A model generated the notes under the pieces. That model saw only the letters and a program-made list of their open reading frames with translations. It made no database searches and was not told the DNA's origin. Made by a program: the position numbers and the translations under genes. From an uncultured virus (IMG/VR IMGVR_UViG_3300027779_000002) (Duplodnaviria; Heunggongvirae; Uroviricota; Caudoviricetes), in IMG/VR virus record IMGVR_UViG_3300027779_000002: 64,000 bases of DNA. One strand, 5' to 3'. Every line of letters begins with the position of its first letter. Within the stretch, counting starts at the first letter, position 1. Below are positions 40,400 through 50,989 of this stretch, piece after piece.

Positions 40400-43399
40400 C
40401 TAGAATGCGTCTTCTACTCTATATTTAACTTTAAAAGTTAAACTACCACCACCTTGTGATGGATTTTGTGTTGCTGTAATAAACAATCCATTGTTTATTA
40501 ATATTTGACCATTAGCATTTCCTTGACTTTGAACCGGTGGTACAGCTTGATAAAAATCAACAGATGCATTTACAATTCCGTTATCAAAAGCTCCAAAAGG
40601 TCTATACTGAGTATTGCTTCCACCTGAATCATATCTTATAAAAGGGTCAGCCACAAAATCAAATGCAGGAGCTACATAGTCTAATTTCCATAAACATTCT
40701 ACTACAGCGATTAATTTACCTGCACCCGGAGCAGGAGCTACTTGAATAGGTGTTGTTTCAATAGCTAACATTTGAGCATTGGTTATTGTTGTAGTAACTT
40801 CTAATATATCGTAATTGCTATCTTTCCATTCTAACCCTGTATTACCTGCATTCTTAGCTAATATTTGATTAGCTGTTCCAAAATTGTCGGCTTCATCAGC
40901 TATGTTTTCAGTAAAGAAGTTTTGCCATCTATTAGCTGTAGCACCTAGATTTGTGGTTTTATTACCAACCGGTATAATTATACCTGTACTATTTAATATT
41001 CCTTTAGTTGTTATATCTGTTGGAAAAGCAATTGTTAAAGATTGGTCAACACCAACAGTTACAATTTCATTAGCAGTTCCAAGAATTGATAAACTTTCTG
41101 AGTTTAAATCTACTGTCGGAGTTAAAGTATTAGTATCACCTAAAAACTCTAAACTAGGAGCTAACGTAGGTTGATTAACCCATTCCAATCCTGTGTTAGC
41201 TACATCTTTAGCTAAAACTTGTCCTGCAGTTCCACCTGTAGTCCATGTTAATTTAGTTCCTGCTGTATCGTTTGTTAAAATTTGAGCCGCTCCACCTGTC
41301 AAATCATCTTTATCAACTATTTGACTTGCAAATAAATTTAGCCATCTTTTAGTTGTCGAGCCTAAGTTAGTATCTAAATCTGTAACAGGAATTATTGTTC
41401 CTGTACTAGCTAATCGACCCGGTGTTGTTATATCTGTTGGAAAACTAAAAGTTAATGTTCCTGAATTTTCAATTACACTTAATTGATTTGTTGTACCCGC
41501 AAAAGTAACAGTATCTGTATTATTTATTACTGTTACGTTTGGAGGAGTTTCAGAATCTGAAACTTTAAAACTTGATATAACAGGTGTAATCCAATCTAAC
41601 ACATTACTTGAATCTTTTCCAAGATATTGACCTACAGCTCCTGTTCCATCATCTGCAGCTGCAATCTCTGTTGGAAAAAATGTTGCCCACTTGTTAGATA
41701 TTCCTCCTAAATTGTTAACTCCATCTGCTACCGGTAATATTGCACCTCCACTATTAAGTTGACCCGGTGTTGTTATATCTGTTGGAAAAGCAAATGTTAT
41801 AGTTTGGTTAGCAACTACAGCGTTTATTTGATTTACTGTTCCTAATAAAGAAAAAGTTTCAGTTGGTAAATCTATACTTCCTGCAGTACCATCTAAATCA
41901 ACTATATTTAATGTTTTATCATTAACTTCATTACGCCATCTTAACCCTGCATTTGTATTACTTTTAGCAAGAACTTGGTTAGCTGTTCCAAAATCATCGT
42001 TTGCATCAGCAATGTCTTGTGTAAAAAAGCTTAGCCATCTTTTAGTTGCACTACCAAGTTTTTCAACTGCATCTGTAACAGGAACTATTGCTCCTAAAGA
42101 ATTTAACTGACCTCTTGTAGTTATATCTACCGGTAACTGAAATGCTATAGTTTGAGCTACAGGATTTACAATTTCAATTTGATTACTTGTACCTAATAAA
42201 GAAAGCTTTTGTGTAGGTAAATCAACAGAAGTTGCTAAAGTACCAATTGAATCTATACTTATATTTAATGTGTCAGATGCTCCATTAGTAATCCACTCTA
42301 ATCCTGTGTTAGCTGCATTCTTAGCAAGAACTTGAGCAGCTACACCTAAGTTGTTACCTGCATCAACAATGTCTTTTGTAAAAAAGCTTTGCCATCTTTT
42401 AGTTGTCGAGCCTAAATTAGTATCTGCATCTGTAAGAGGAATTATTGTTCCTAAAGAATTTAACTGACCTCTTGTAGTTATATCTACCGGTAACCTTAAA
42501 GCTGCTGTGTTACCTCCTGCGTCTACGACTTCAATTTCATCTTCTGTACCTATTATTCCTAAACTTTCAGTTCCTAAATCAACTGTAAATGTAATAGCAG
42601 CAGCACTAGTTAGTCTTACTCTTAAATCTTCATCAGGAACTTCTTTCCACTCTAAAGCTGTGTTAAGGTCATTTTTACCTAAAAAATGTTTAGCTAATCC
42701 AAATGAATCAGTCTCATCAGCTATGTTTTCAGTAAAGAAGTTTTGCCACCTGCTTCCTACTTGACCTAAATTAATGTTTTTGTCTGTAACAGGAAAAATT
42801 TCTCCTGTACTAGCTAATCGACCCGGTGTTGTAATGTTTGTTGGAAAAGAAAGCTGCATTGTTTGTGCATCATCACCTGTTGTTATGATTTGATTACCTG
42901 TTCCTAATATTCTTAATATTTGTGTTGGTATGTTTACTGATGTAGTTCCTATATCATAAGTTCCTGATAAATCATCAACCGTTGCTATAGCTGTATCTAC
43001 ATAAGTTTTAATAGCAAGTGTACTTGCTATGTTTGAATTTGAAGCTCCTGATAATGTAGTAGCTGTTATTAGTGATGAACCACTAACTGCTCCGCTAAGC
43101 ACAAAACTTGTTGGAACAGTTAGTGTTATTATTTCTCCTACATCAGCTCGTAAATCATCTATACGAGCAACACCATCGATATATAAATCTCTCCACTCTT
43201 TTGAAGCAGAACCGATATCATATGAATCATCAAGTGCAGGTATTAGCGAACCGGGTATATTTCCAAACAAATATAAACCAAGATCTTCTACAGTAACTGT
43301 TTTAGTAGCTAACGAAGAATCTTTATCTGTTAATATTAAATAATCGTCACCAACCGGTGCGATATTGGGATAACTCGTAGTGTCGCTAATTTTTGCCAT
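40400..43399 (-). CDS. repeat-containing tail fibre-like protein
   Basis: about six repeats of FPTDITT.G.L.S.G.I.P..D...NLG....RW. Confidence 0.6.
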   Translation of the reverse strand: MAKISDTTSYPNIAPVGDDYLILTDKDSSLATKTVTVEDLGLYLFGNIPGSLIPALDDSYDIGSASKEWRDLYIDGVARIDDLRADVGEIITLTVPTSFVLSGAVSGSSLITATTLSGASNSNIASTLAIKTYVDTAIATVDDLSGTYDIGTTSVNIPTQILRILGTGNQIITTGDDAQTMQLSFPTNITTPGRLASTGEIFPVTDKNINLGQVGSRWQNFFTENIADETDSFGLAKHFLGKNDLNTALEWKEVPDEDLRVRLTSAAAITFTVDLGTESLGIIGTEDEIEVVDAGGNTAALRLPVDITTRGQLNSLGTIIPLTDADTNLGSTTKRWQSFFTKDIVDAGNNLGVAAQVLAKNAANTGLEWITNGASDTLNISIDSIGTLATSVDLPTQKLSLLGTSNQIEIVNPVAQTIAFQLPVDITTRGQLNSLGAIVPVTDAVEKLGSATKRWLSFFTQDIADANDDFGTANQVLAKSNTNAGLRWRNEVNDKTLNIVDLDGTAGSIDLPTETFSLLGTVNQINAVVANQTITFAFPTDITTPGQLNSGGAILPVADGVNNLGGISNKWATFFPTEIAAADDGTGAVGQYLGKDSSNVLDWITPVISSFKVSDSETPPNVTVINNTDTVTFAGTTNQLSVIENSGTLTFSFPTDITTPGRLASTGTIIPVTDLDTNLGSTTKRWLNLFASQIVDKDDLTGGAAQILTNDTAGTKLTWTTGGTAGQVLAKDVANTGLEWVNQPTLAPSLEFLGDTNTLTPTVDLNSESLSILGTANEIVTVGVDQSLTIAFPTDITTKGILNSTGIIIPVGNKTTNLGATANRWQNFFTENIADEADNFGTANQILAKNAGNTGLEWKDSNYDILEVTTTITNAQMLAIETTPIQVAPAPGAGKLIAVVECLWKLDYVAPAFDFVADPFIRYDSGGSNTQYRPFGAFDNGIVNASVDFYQAVPPVQSQGNANGQILINNGLFITATQNPSQGGGSLTFKVKYRVEDAF

Positions 43400-43686
43400 T
43401 ATTCTACTTTTTCTAGTGGTTTACTATTTTCTTTTGCTTTTTCATCAGCCTTTACTTCATCACCACTTTTTACCTCACCGGTTTCCATGTTGATACTGCT
43501 ATCTTGTCCGTACTTCTTAATTAAATCTTGTTCTAATACTGCGAAATTAGATTTAATTTCATCAATTTCTTTTATAATAGCTTGTTGCTGCAAAGCGTTG
43601 TCAGCTAATTGCATTTTGCTTTTATTAAAGTTAAGTTGTGCGTCTTGAATTGATTTTAATTCTTGTTTTTCTAATTGTTTTGCCAT
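43399..43686 (-). CDS. coiled-coil protein (possible fibre chaperone)
   Basis: heptads ending L.KKYG...INMETGE. Confidence 0.5.
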   Translation of the reverse strand: MAKQLEKQELKSIQDAQLNFNKSKMQLADNALQQQAIIKEIDEIKSNFAVLEQDLIKKYGQDSSINMETGEVKSGDEVKADEKAKENSKPLEKVE

Positions 43687-43725
43687 TTGATTGAATTTTA
43701 ATTGTTTAACATTATTTATATTCTA

Positions 43726-43733
43726 CAAATATA
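43726..43733 (-). promoter_or_regulatory. -7 element TATATTTG
   Basis: consensus match in intergenic gap. Confidence 0.55.
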
Positions 43734-43749
43734 ATACTTTTTAAATTAA

Positions 43750-43766
43750 ACACCCTAGCAGGGTGT
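43750..43766 (-). terminator. possible terminator hairpin
   Basis: ACACCCT-AGC-AGGGTGT with AT-rich flanks. Confidence 0.45.
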
Positions 43767-43801
43767 ATTTGTATTATCACTTGTTTTAGGTTATTTTTAC
43801 T

Positions 43802-44275
43802 TTAATTAAGTAGCAACGGTTCTTTGCTATATGTTCTACCTTTTGCGTCAAATTTTTCTGTCATCCAAAACAAACCATCCATTTTCCATTTTCCGTGTAA
43901 TCTTGAACCGGGTATTACCATGTCTCTACACTTTGCAAATTCCCAAATTCTATGCTTGTTACCTTTTATTTTTTCTAAAGATTCTACATAAAATATATCA
44001 ATTGGACCTAATTGATGTGCTTGCTCCATTAAACCTGATAAGTCATCACCTATAGTTCCTGTTACACAGATATCAATATCAGTTGTTTTCCAACCTTCTA
44101 ATATTCCTCCTACTAAATACAATTTATAGTCACCCCATTTTAAATCCATTACATGATTTATGTATTCCATATATTTTTCATCTTCTGTACCTTGCATGTA
44201 AGGAACAAATTCCATTCCTCCATTGACATATCTTACTTGTCCGTCTGTTTCTATATTATAAGTATCTAATTGCAT
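43802..44275 (-). CDS. Pol-beta-superfamily nucleotidyltransferase-like protein
   Basis: LYLVGG...TDIDICV matches hG[GS]x(7-13)DhD; later PIDIF third Asp. Confidence 0.6.
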   Translation of the reverse strand: MQLDTYNIETDGQVRYVNGGMEFVPYMQGTEDEKYMEYINHVMDLKWGDYKLYLVGGILEGWKTTDIDICVTGTIGDDLSGLMEQAHQLGPIDIFYVESLEKIKGNKHRIWEFAKCRDMVIPGSRLHGKWKMDGLFWMTEKFDAKGRTYSKEPLLLN

Positions 44276-44287
44276 AATTTATTTGAT

Positions 44288-47200
44288 TTAATATTCATAA
44301 TCTTCATATTGAATTACAAGTGTTAGATTAAACTTTTCCCAATCAGTATTAGAGTTAGAACCTTGAAAAGCAAGTTGAATTCTATCGTATTGGCTAAAAT
44401 CGTGATTTATATCGTCAAAATCAACATACCAACCTACTGCATTTGTTGATGTTCCTGTTGCGTAACTACTTGTGTAAGTGTTAGCTCCGTTTTTGTATAA
44501 TTTTATTCTTGTACTATGGCTAGTTGGTGTAGTTCCTACATTTCTTAAAACAACTTGTTTAATTCTTCCCGCTTGCGGTGCTACATAATAAGCACCTGTT
44601 GGCGGTGATGAAACACTTGAAGTTGCACTATTTCCACCTGATAAACTCAGTAATTTTATAGACGACCCCGGCTGCGTTCCAAAAGGGTTATCGTTGTAAC
44701 CGACAGAAATTTGTACCGGTGTATAAGCTATACTATCTGCGGTAAATTTTCCGGATATACTTTGATTACCTGATGTTCTTACAACTGTACTGTCTACCGC
44801 TATATCGTTAGAGTTTGCAGTTATACCATCACCACCGATAACATTTAATGTAACACTACCGGATGTTCCACCACCTGTCATACCTGTTCCTGCAGTAACT
44901 GCTGTTATATCTCCCGTATTAGTAGTGTATCCGCTATTATTAGTCCATTGTGATATATTACCTGATTTATTAGTGAATGTTTGTGTATTACTTGCAGTAG
45001 TTGTACCCGTATTAGTAGTGTATCCTGAACCGTTTGTTAATTGATTGTTATTGGTAATGTAATTAGCATTAGTTGCACCTGTATAGCCCAAGTTAGCTAA
45101 TGTCATTGTTCTAGTAGTAAACGCAGTTATAACACCTTGTGTTAAACTTACAGTAGATAGAACTGCACCGCCTGCACTAATACCAATGTTAGTTGATGTT
45201 CCTATAGTGGTATTACCTGAACTAGTTACATAACCTGCACCATTAGTAAGTTGATTATTATTAGTAATAGTACAATTCAATGTAACAGTACCTGAAGTAC
45301 CGCCTCCACTCATTCCTGTCCCCGCAGTAACACCTGTAATATCACCTACATTAGTAGTATAACCTGCTCCGTTAGTTAACTGATTGTTATTGGTAATTGT
45401 ATTACTAAATACTGTTCCTGTTAAAAGAAGTCCTGTCCCTGCTGTGTATGTGGTATTCACATACGAGGTGATGTATCCTGCACCGTTAGATAATTGATTG
45501 TTATTAGTTGGAAATCCTGTAGCAGTTAATGTACTTAATCCATTTCTTGTTAACGTAAGTGTACCTGAAGCATAAGAAGCTCCTGAAACGTAATAATTAC
45601 TATTGTCGTCATTTGGATTAAAAGTAATTGTATCTGTGGTAGCATTAGTAGTAATAGTCATACCGCCGGCAGCAACAAAAGTTAAAGTATCATTATTACT
45701 ATCAGCAACAACAGTAGATTGACCGCTTACTGCAATATTTTTAAATATAGCCTGTGATGAACCTTTATCTGCATTAGTTAAAGTTACTGTTCCACTTGTC
45801 CCTCCACCTGACATACCACTTCCTGCGGTAACTCCTGTAATATCACCTACATTTGTAGTATAACCTGCCCCATTAGTAAGTTGATTGTTATTAGTAATAG
45901 TACAATTTAACGTAACTGTTCCACTTGTTCCTCCCCCCGACATACCTGTTCCGGCTGTTACACCTGTAATATCACCTACACTTGTAGTATATCCTGAGTC
46001 ATTAGTCCATTGAGAAATGTTACCACCTTTATTTGTAAACGTCTGTGAGTTAGATGCTGTAGTAGTACCCGTATTAGTAGTATAACCTGCACCGTTTGTT
46101 AATTGGTTGTTGTTAGTTACATTTGTTGCACCATTAGCTACATTAAGACTTGACCTAAGTTGTGCCATTGTAGAAGGTCTAACATAGTTGTTAGTTGCAG
46201 TATCTACCTGAGTCATTACATATCCAATAGATGCATTAGTAGAGTCATACTCACTTCTAAGTAACCTAACATTAATATCACCACTACTATCTCTTGCCAC
46301 AACAGTACTTACCGTTGATGCTGTAACAGCATTAACATTTAACGTAACTGTTCCACTTGTTCCTCCTCCTGTCAAATAACTTCCCGCAGTAACACCTGTA
46401 ATATCACCTACACTTGTAGTATAACCTGCACCGTTTGTTAATTGGTTGTTATTAGTAATAGTACAATTTAATGTAACTGTTCCACTTGTCCCACCGCCTG
46501 ACATACCTGTTCCTGCGGTAACTCCTGTAATATCACCTACACTTGTAGTATATCCTGAGTCATTAGTCCATTGAGAAATGTTACCTGATTTATTAGTAAA
46601 GGTTTGAGAATTACTAGCTGTTGTTGTACCTGTATTGGTTGTATAGCCTGAACCGTTAGTTAATTGATTATTGTTGGTTATACTATTATTAAAAGTAACT
46701 GTTTCATTACTAGCTTGATTCAGCGTAATTGTTCCTCCACCCGTTAACCCTGTCCCCGCAGTAAGTGTAATAGTTGCATTGTTAACTGTAGGTAATGAGC
46801 CTGAAGTTATATATCCTGAATTATTAGTCCATTGTGATATATTACCTGATTTGTTTGTAAAAGTTTGAGTATTGGTTGCATTAGTAAAACCTGTAGCAGT
46901 TAATGTACTTAATCCATTTCTTGTTAATGTTAATGTACCACCTGATTGTGATGCACCTGAAACGTAATAATTACTATTATCATCATTTGGATTAAAAGTA
47001 ATAGTATCTGTAGTAGCATTTGTAGTAATAGTCATACCACCTGCAGCAACCAAAGTTAAAGTATCATTATTACTATCAGCAACAACACTAGATTGACCAC
47101 TTACTGCTATATTCTTAAATATAGCTTGTGATGAACCTTTGTCTGCGTTAGTTAAAGTTACCGTTCCGCTTGTACCACCACCTGACATACCACTTCCTGC

Positions 47201-48850
47201 AGTAACACCTGTGATATCACCTACACTTGTAGTATATCCTGAATCATTAGTCCATTGAGATATATTGCCTGACTTATTAGTAAAGGTTTGTGAGTTAGAA
47301 GCTGTAGTAGTTCCTGTATTTGTAGTGTAACCTGCTCCGTTAGTTAACTGATTATTATTAGTTATTGTATTATTTAATGTTACACTTCCTGATGTACCTC
47401 CACCGCTTAATCCTGTGCCTGCCACAACAGCTGTTATATCACCTTGTGGTAATGTTGATAAAAGTATTAAATCACCTTCACCATTTATATAATCATCTGT
47501 ATCCCCTTGAAAAGTTATAGCTAATGTTCCACTAGTTGTTACAGGAGTACTTATAATAGATATTGCATCTCCTTGAGAGGATAATCCTACACTTGTTACA
47601 GTTCCTGTATTTGTAGTGTAACCTGCTCCGTTAGTTAACTGATTATTGTTAGTAATAGTATTATTAAAAGTAACAGTTTCGTTAGAAGCTTGATTTAAAG
47701 TAATAACACCACCCCCTGACAATCCTGTTCCGGCTGATAGTGTTATTGTTGCATTATTAACTGTAGGTAAACTACCTGCTGTTATATATCCTGCACCATT
47801 ACTTAACTGATTATTGTTAGTTGGAAAACCCGTTGCTGTTAAGGTGCTTAATCCATTTCTTGTTAACGTAAGTGTGCCTGAAGCATAAGAAGCTCCTGAA
47901 ACATAATAGTTTTCGTTGTCATCAGTTCCTGTAATAGTAAGCACATCTCCTACAACAGCTGTTGACACACTACCTGCGCCAACAATAGATAAAGTATCAT
48001 TATTAGTGTCAGCTACAGCTGTACCTGAATCAGATGCTACATTTTTAAATATATTTTGTGACGAACCTTTATCACTATTTGTAACTGTAACAGTACCTGA
48101 AGTACCCCCTCCACTTATACCTGAACCTGCTGTTACGCCTGTGATATCACCTACACTTGTAGTGTATCCGCTATCATTAGTCCATTGTGATATATTGCCT
48201 GACTTATTAGTAAAGGTTTGAGAATTACTAGCTGTTGTAGTACCTGTGTTAGTAGTGTATCCACTATTGTTTGTCCATTGAGAAATGTTCCCTGACTTAT
48301 TAGTAAAAGTTTGACTATTACTAGCTGTTGTTGTACCTGTGCTAGTTGTGTATCCTGCTCCGTTAGTTAATTGATTGTTATTAGTAATAACAATTGTAGT
48401 ATTAGGTACATTTAATTCAGCTCTCATTTCAGAAGCAGTTAATGCTCCTAAATCTGATGAGGTTTTCCATTGTGGAAATTCATTAGCATTTATTGTTCCT
48501 GATTTAGTTACTGTACCTACATTAGTAGTGTATCCTGCTCCGTTAGTTAACTGATTATTGTTAGTTATAGAGTTATTGAATGTAACCGTTTCAGCACTAG
48601 ATTGATTCAGCGTAATTGTTCCTCCTCCGGTTAACCCTGTTCCCGCTGTAAAAGTAATTGTTGAATTATTAACTGTGGGTAAAGAAGCCGATGTTATATA
48701 GTTTTGACTTTTTACCCATGCAGTTGATGGAATTCTTGTTGAATTATCTGATGTTGAAGGAGCGGTTACAATACCCGCTGCAAGAGTCGTTGTGTCACTA
48801 ACAGATAAAGTACCCGTTATTGCTTGTCCTCTTAAAAATCTTATTGCCAT
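44288..48850 (-). CDS. long tail fibre with modular repeats
   Basis: many TNNNQLTNGAGYTT, GDITGVTAGxGxSGGGTSG and SQTFTNKSGNISQW repeats; distinct C-terminal domain. Confidence 0.8.
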   Translation of the reverse strand: MAIRFLRGQAITGTLSVSDTTTLAAGIVTAPSTSDNSTRIPSTAWVKSQNYITSASLPTVNNSTITFTAGTGLTGGGTITLNQSSAETVTFNNSITNNNQLTNGAGYTTNVGTVTKSGTINANEFPQWKTSSDLGALTASEMRAELNVPNTTIVITNNNQLTNGAGYTTSTGTTTASNSQTFTNKSGNISQWTNNSGYTTNTGTTTASNSQTFTNKSGNISQWTNDSGYTTSVGDITGVTAGSGISGGGTSGTVTVTNSDKGSSQNIFKNVASDSGTAVADTNNDTLSIVGAGSVSTAVVGDVLTITGTDDNENYYVSGASYASGTLTLTRNGLSTLTATGFPTNNNQLSNGAGYITAGSLPTVNNATITLSAGTGLSGGGVITLNQASNETVTFNNTITNNNQLTNGAGYTTNTGTVTSVGLSSQGDAISIISTPVTTSGTLAITFQGDTDDYINGEGDLILLSTLPQGDITAVVAGTGLSGGGTSGSVTLNNTITNNNQLTNGAGYTTNTGTTTASNSQTFTNKSGNISQWTNDSGYTTSVGDITGVTAGSGMSGGGTSGTVTLTNADKGSSQAIFKNIAVSGQSSVVADSNNDTLTLVAAGGMTITTNATTDTITFNPNDDNSNYYVSGASQSGGTLTLTRNGLSTLTATGFTNATNTQTFTNKSGNISQWTNNSGYITSGSLPTVNNATITLTAGTGLTGGGTITLNQASNETVTFNNSITNNNQLTNGSGYTTNTGTTTASNSQTFTNKSGNISQWTNDSGYTTSVGDITGVTAGTGMSGGGTSGTVTLNCTITNNNQLTNGAGYTTSVGDITGVTAGSYLTGGGTSGTVTLNVNAVTASTVSTVVARDSSGDINVRLLRSEYDSTNASIGYVMTQVDTATNNYVRPSTMAQLRSSLNVANGATNVTNNNQLTNGAGYTTNTGTTTASNSQTFTNKGGNISQWTNDSGYTTSVGDITGVTAGTGMSGGGTSGTVTLNCTITNNNQLTNGAGYTTNVGDITGVTAGSGMSGGGTSGTVTLTNADKGSSQAIFKNIAVSGQSTVVADSNNDTLTFVAAGGMTITTNATTDTITFNPNDDNSNYYVSGASYASGTLTLTRNGLSTLTATGFPTNNNQLSNGAGYITSYVNTTYTAGTGLLLTGTVFSNTITNNNQLTNGAGYTTNVGDITGVTAGTGMSGGGTSGTVTLNCTITNNNQLTNGAGYVTSSGNTTIGTSTNIGISAGGAVLSTVSLTQGVITAFTTRTMTLANLGYTGATNANYITNNNQLTNGSGYTTNTGTTTASNTQTFTNKSGNISQWTNNSGYTTNTGDITAVTAGTGMTGGGTSGSVTLNVIGGDGITANSNDIAVDSTVVRTSGNQSISGKFTADSIAYTPVQISVGYNDNPFGTQPGSSIKLLSLSGGNSATSSVSSPPTGAYYVAPQAGRIKQVVLRNVGTTPTSHSTRIKLYKNGANTYTSSYATGTSTNAVGWYVDFDDINHDFSQYDRIQLAFQGSNSNTDWEKFNLTLVIQYEDYEY

Positions 48851-48870
48851 AAGGTGTTAAATTAAATTAT

Positions 48871-50976
48871 TTACGCCACCTTAGTCACTAAACATCTTGC
48901 TCCGCCTGTTGCAATTGCTGATGTGCTTAATAATGTTAAGGCATTTGTACTTGTTCTTTGAACTTCTAAAAATAAAGTATCGTAAGGTGATGCAGTATCA
49001 TATACCTGTACTATTACATCTCTTGTTCCAAAGTTATGTGATACAGTATAAGATGTAGCAGAATTATTACCAATGTCCTGTGCATACTGATGGCTTGAAC
49101 CAATACATGATTCAACCGCTGTACAGAAGTCAGATACTTGTGATGCAGTAATACTTATTGCTGTAGCTGCCATTGCAGTTACAAGACCTTTAGCATTTAC
49201 TGTAGCTGTTAAAGTATTAGATGCACTTCCGAAACTTCCTACAGTACTATTAACAGTTGCAAGAGTTAAACCTGAGGTTACGTCAGCTGAACCATCAAAA
49301 GTTACCGACCATGCAGCATCTCCTGTTGCTGAAATACTTCTTGCAGTAATAAGTTTTGTTGCTGTAGCAGCATTACCTGTAATCTCTCCTTCTACGTTTG
49401 CTATTAATGTTCCTACGTTTGCTATTGTAGCTGTAGTAGTTGGTTTAGATGTAGCATTACCTAATCTAAATTTAGGAGCTGATGCTGTAGATGATGATGA
49501 AGCGTCATAAAATAAAGTAGGGTAATAATCTGTTGCTGATATTACATAGTTACCAAAGAACCCTATATCAACTGAGTTAGCACCTCCGCCTGCAACGTCA
49601 TTGCCATTGGCGTACTCCATCATGTTATCTTCAATAGATACTGTTGTACTATTTATAGTAGTTGTAGTTCCATTAACCGTTAAGTTACCTGCGATAGTTA
49701 CTGTTGAACCATCATCAGTAACAGACGAGTCAGTTAACTGATTGTTACCATTATCCCATTTCATTAATGCATTTGCACTTAATGAACCTGAATTTTTAAG
49801 ACTTAAACTTCCTGTAGTAGTTATTGTACCTCCTGTTAAACCACCTGTTGCAGGTGTTGCTATTGAAGTAACTGTACCACCTGAAGAATCAAAAGGTAAA
49901 TCTGAAACTAATCCTTTCTTAATTTCATCATCATCAATATCACTATACCATATAACATCTGTTGTTTCAATAGCTGTACCTTTTAAATTGGTAGCCGCTT
50001 CAATGGCATTATTTGTACTTGTATATAAAATTCCTAAATCACTTATTGCAACTGCACCATTATAAGATGTCATGGTTAAACCTGTAGATGCTGTAAGAGT
50101 CTTTAAAATTCCTCCTAATGCTATACCACTTATTGTGCTGTTAGCTAATCTGTCATTTTGTATTCCACCTGCAGAAATTCCAAACGCTAGTGTTCCTGAT
50201 GTTGTAATAGGAGAACCTGAAACAGTTAATCCGTTAGCTCCCGAAGCAGCTACACTTGTAACTGACCCTGAAGTAACTGTTTGTAATGCACCTGTACCGT
50301 CAATAAATTGACTTGTACTACCTGCTCCTGCTAATGTTAAAGTTCCTGAACTTGTTACAGGACTATTAGTTACTGTAAATGCTGACGGTGCTGCTAAGCC
50401 TACACTTGTTACACTTCCTGAAGGAATAGTAGGGAAAGTTTCTAAAGTACCATCTCCTCTTATATATTGGCTTGTACTACCTGCTCCTGTTATTGCAATA
50501 GTACCTGCTCCTGTTATCGGTGAATTAGCTACACTAAATGCTGCCGGCATAGAAACTCCAACACTTGTTACAGTTCCACCACCAATAGCTGCACTTAATT
50601 GAGATAAGTTTACAAATTTTACATCATTATCACTCTCATCAGATATCATTACTCTATCTGTTGTTGCTAAAGTTAATAATGTACCATCACCTGCTGCTAA
50701 TATAATATTGTCAGTACCTGCATAATCAACAGCAACTGTAACGTTGCCTGAAGTTCCTCCTCCGGAAAGACCTGTTCCTGCAGTAACACCTGAAATATCT
50801 CCTGTACCATCTAATGAAATCCAAGCTGTACCATTATAGTATTTAAATGTGTTGGATGTTGTGTTATAGATAAATTGCCCTTCATATCCTGCAGGGTCAG
50901 ATGCGAGGTTTTGAGCTTTTACATTTTGTAACTCATTTGTCGTTAAATCTAGGTTGTTTAAAAATCTAATTGCCAT
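48871..50976 (-). CDS. tail fibre protein
   Basis: GTVTSV repeats, GNLTVNGTTTTINST, C-terminal HNFGTRDV.VQVYD; shares the MAIRFL start with the adjacent fibre. Confidence 0.75.
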   Translation of the reverse strand: MAIRFLNNLDLTTNELQNVKAQNLASDPAGYEGQFIYNTTSNTFKYYNGTAWISLDGTGDISGVTAGTGLSGGGTSGNVTVAVDYAGTDNIILAAGDGTLLTLATTDRVMISDESDNDVKFVNLSQLSAAIGGGTVTSVGVSMPAAFSVANSPITGAGTIAITGAGSTSQYIRGDGTLETFPTIPSGSVTSVGLAAPSAFTVTNSPVTSSGTLTLAGAGSTSQFIDGTGALQTVTSGSVTSVAASGANGLTVSGSPITTSGTLAFGISAGGIQNDRLANSTISGIALGGILKTLTASTGLTMTSYNGAVAISDLGILYTSTNNAIEAATNLKGTAIETTDVIWYSDIDDDEIKKGLVSDLPFDSSGGTVTSIATPATGGLTGGTITTTGSLSLKNSGSLSANALMKWDNGNNQLTDSSVTDDGSTVTIAGNLTVNGTTTTINSTTVSIEDNMMEYANGNDVAGGGANSVDIGFFGNYVISATDYYPTLFYDASSSSTASAPKFRLGNATSKPTTTATIANVGTLIANVEGEITGNAATATKLITARSISATGDAAWSVTFDGSADVTSGLTLATVNSTVGSFGSASNTLTATVNAKGLVTAMAATAISITASQVSDFCTAVESCIGSSHQYAQDIGNNSATSYTVSHNFGTRDVIVQVYDTASPYDTLFLEVQRTSTNALTLLSTSAIATGGARCLVTKVA

Positions 50977-50989
50977 AATTTTTTATTTA

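Noticed and set aside
44288..48850. Diversity-generating retroelement TR/VR pair
   Set aside because: No reverse transcriptase; repeat differences are mainly synonymous, not adenine-specific
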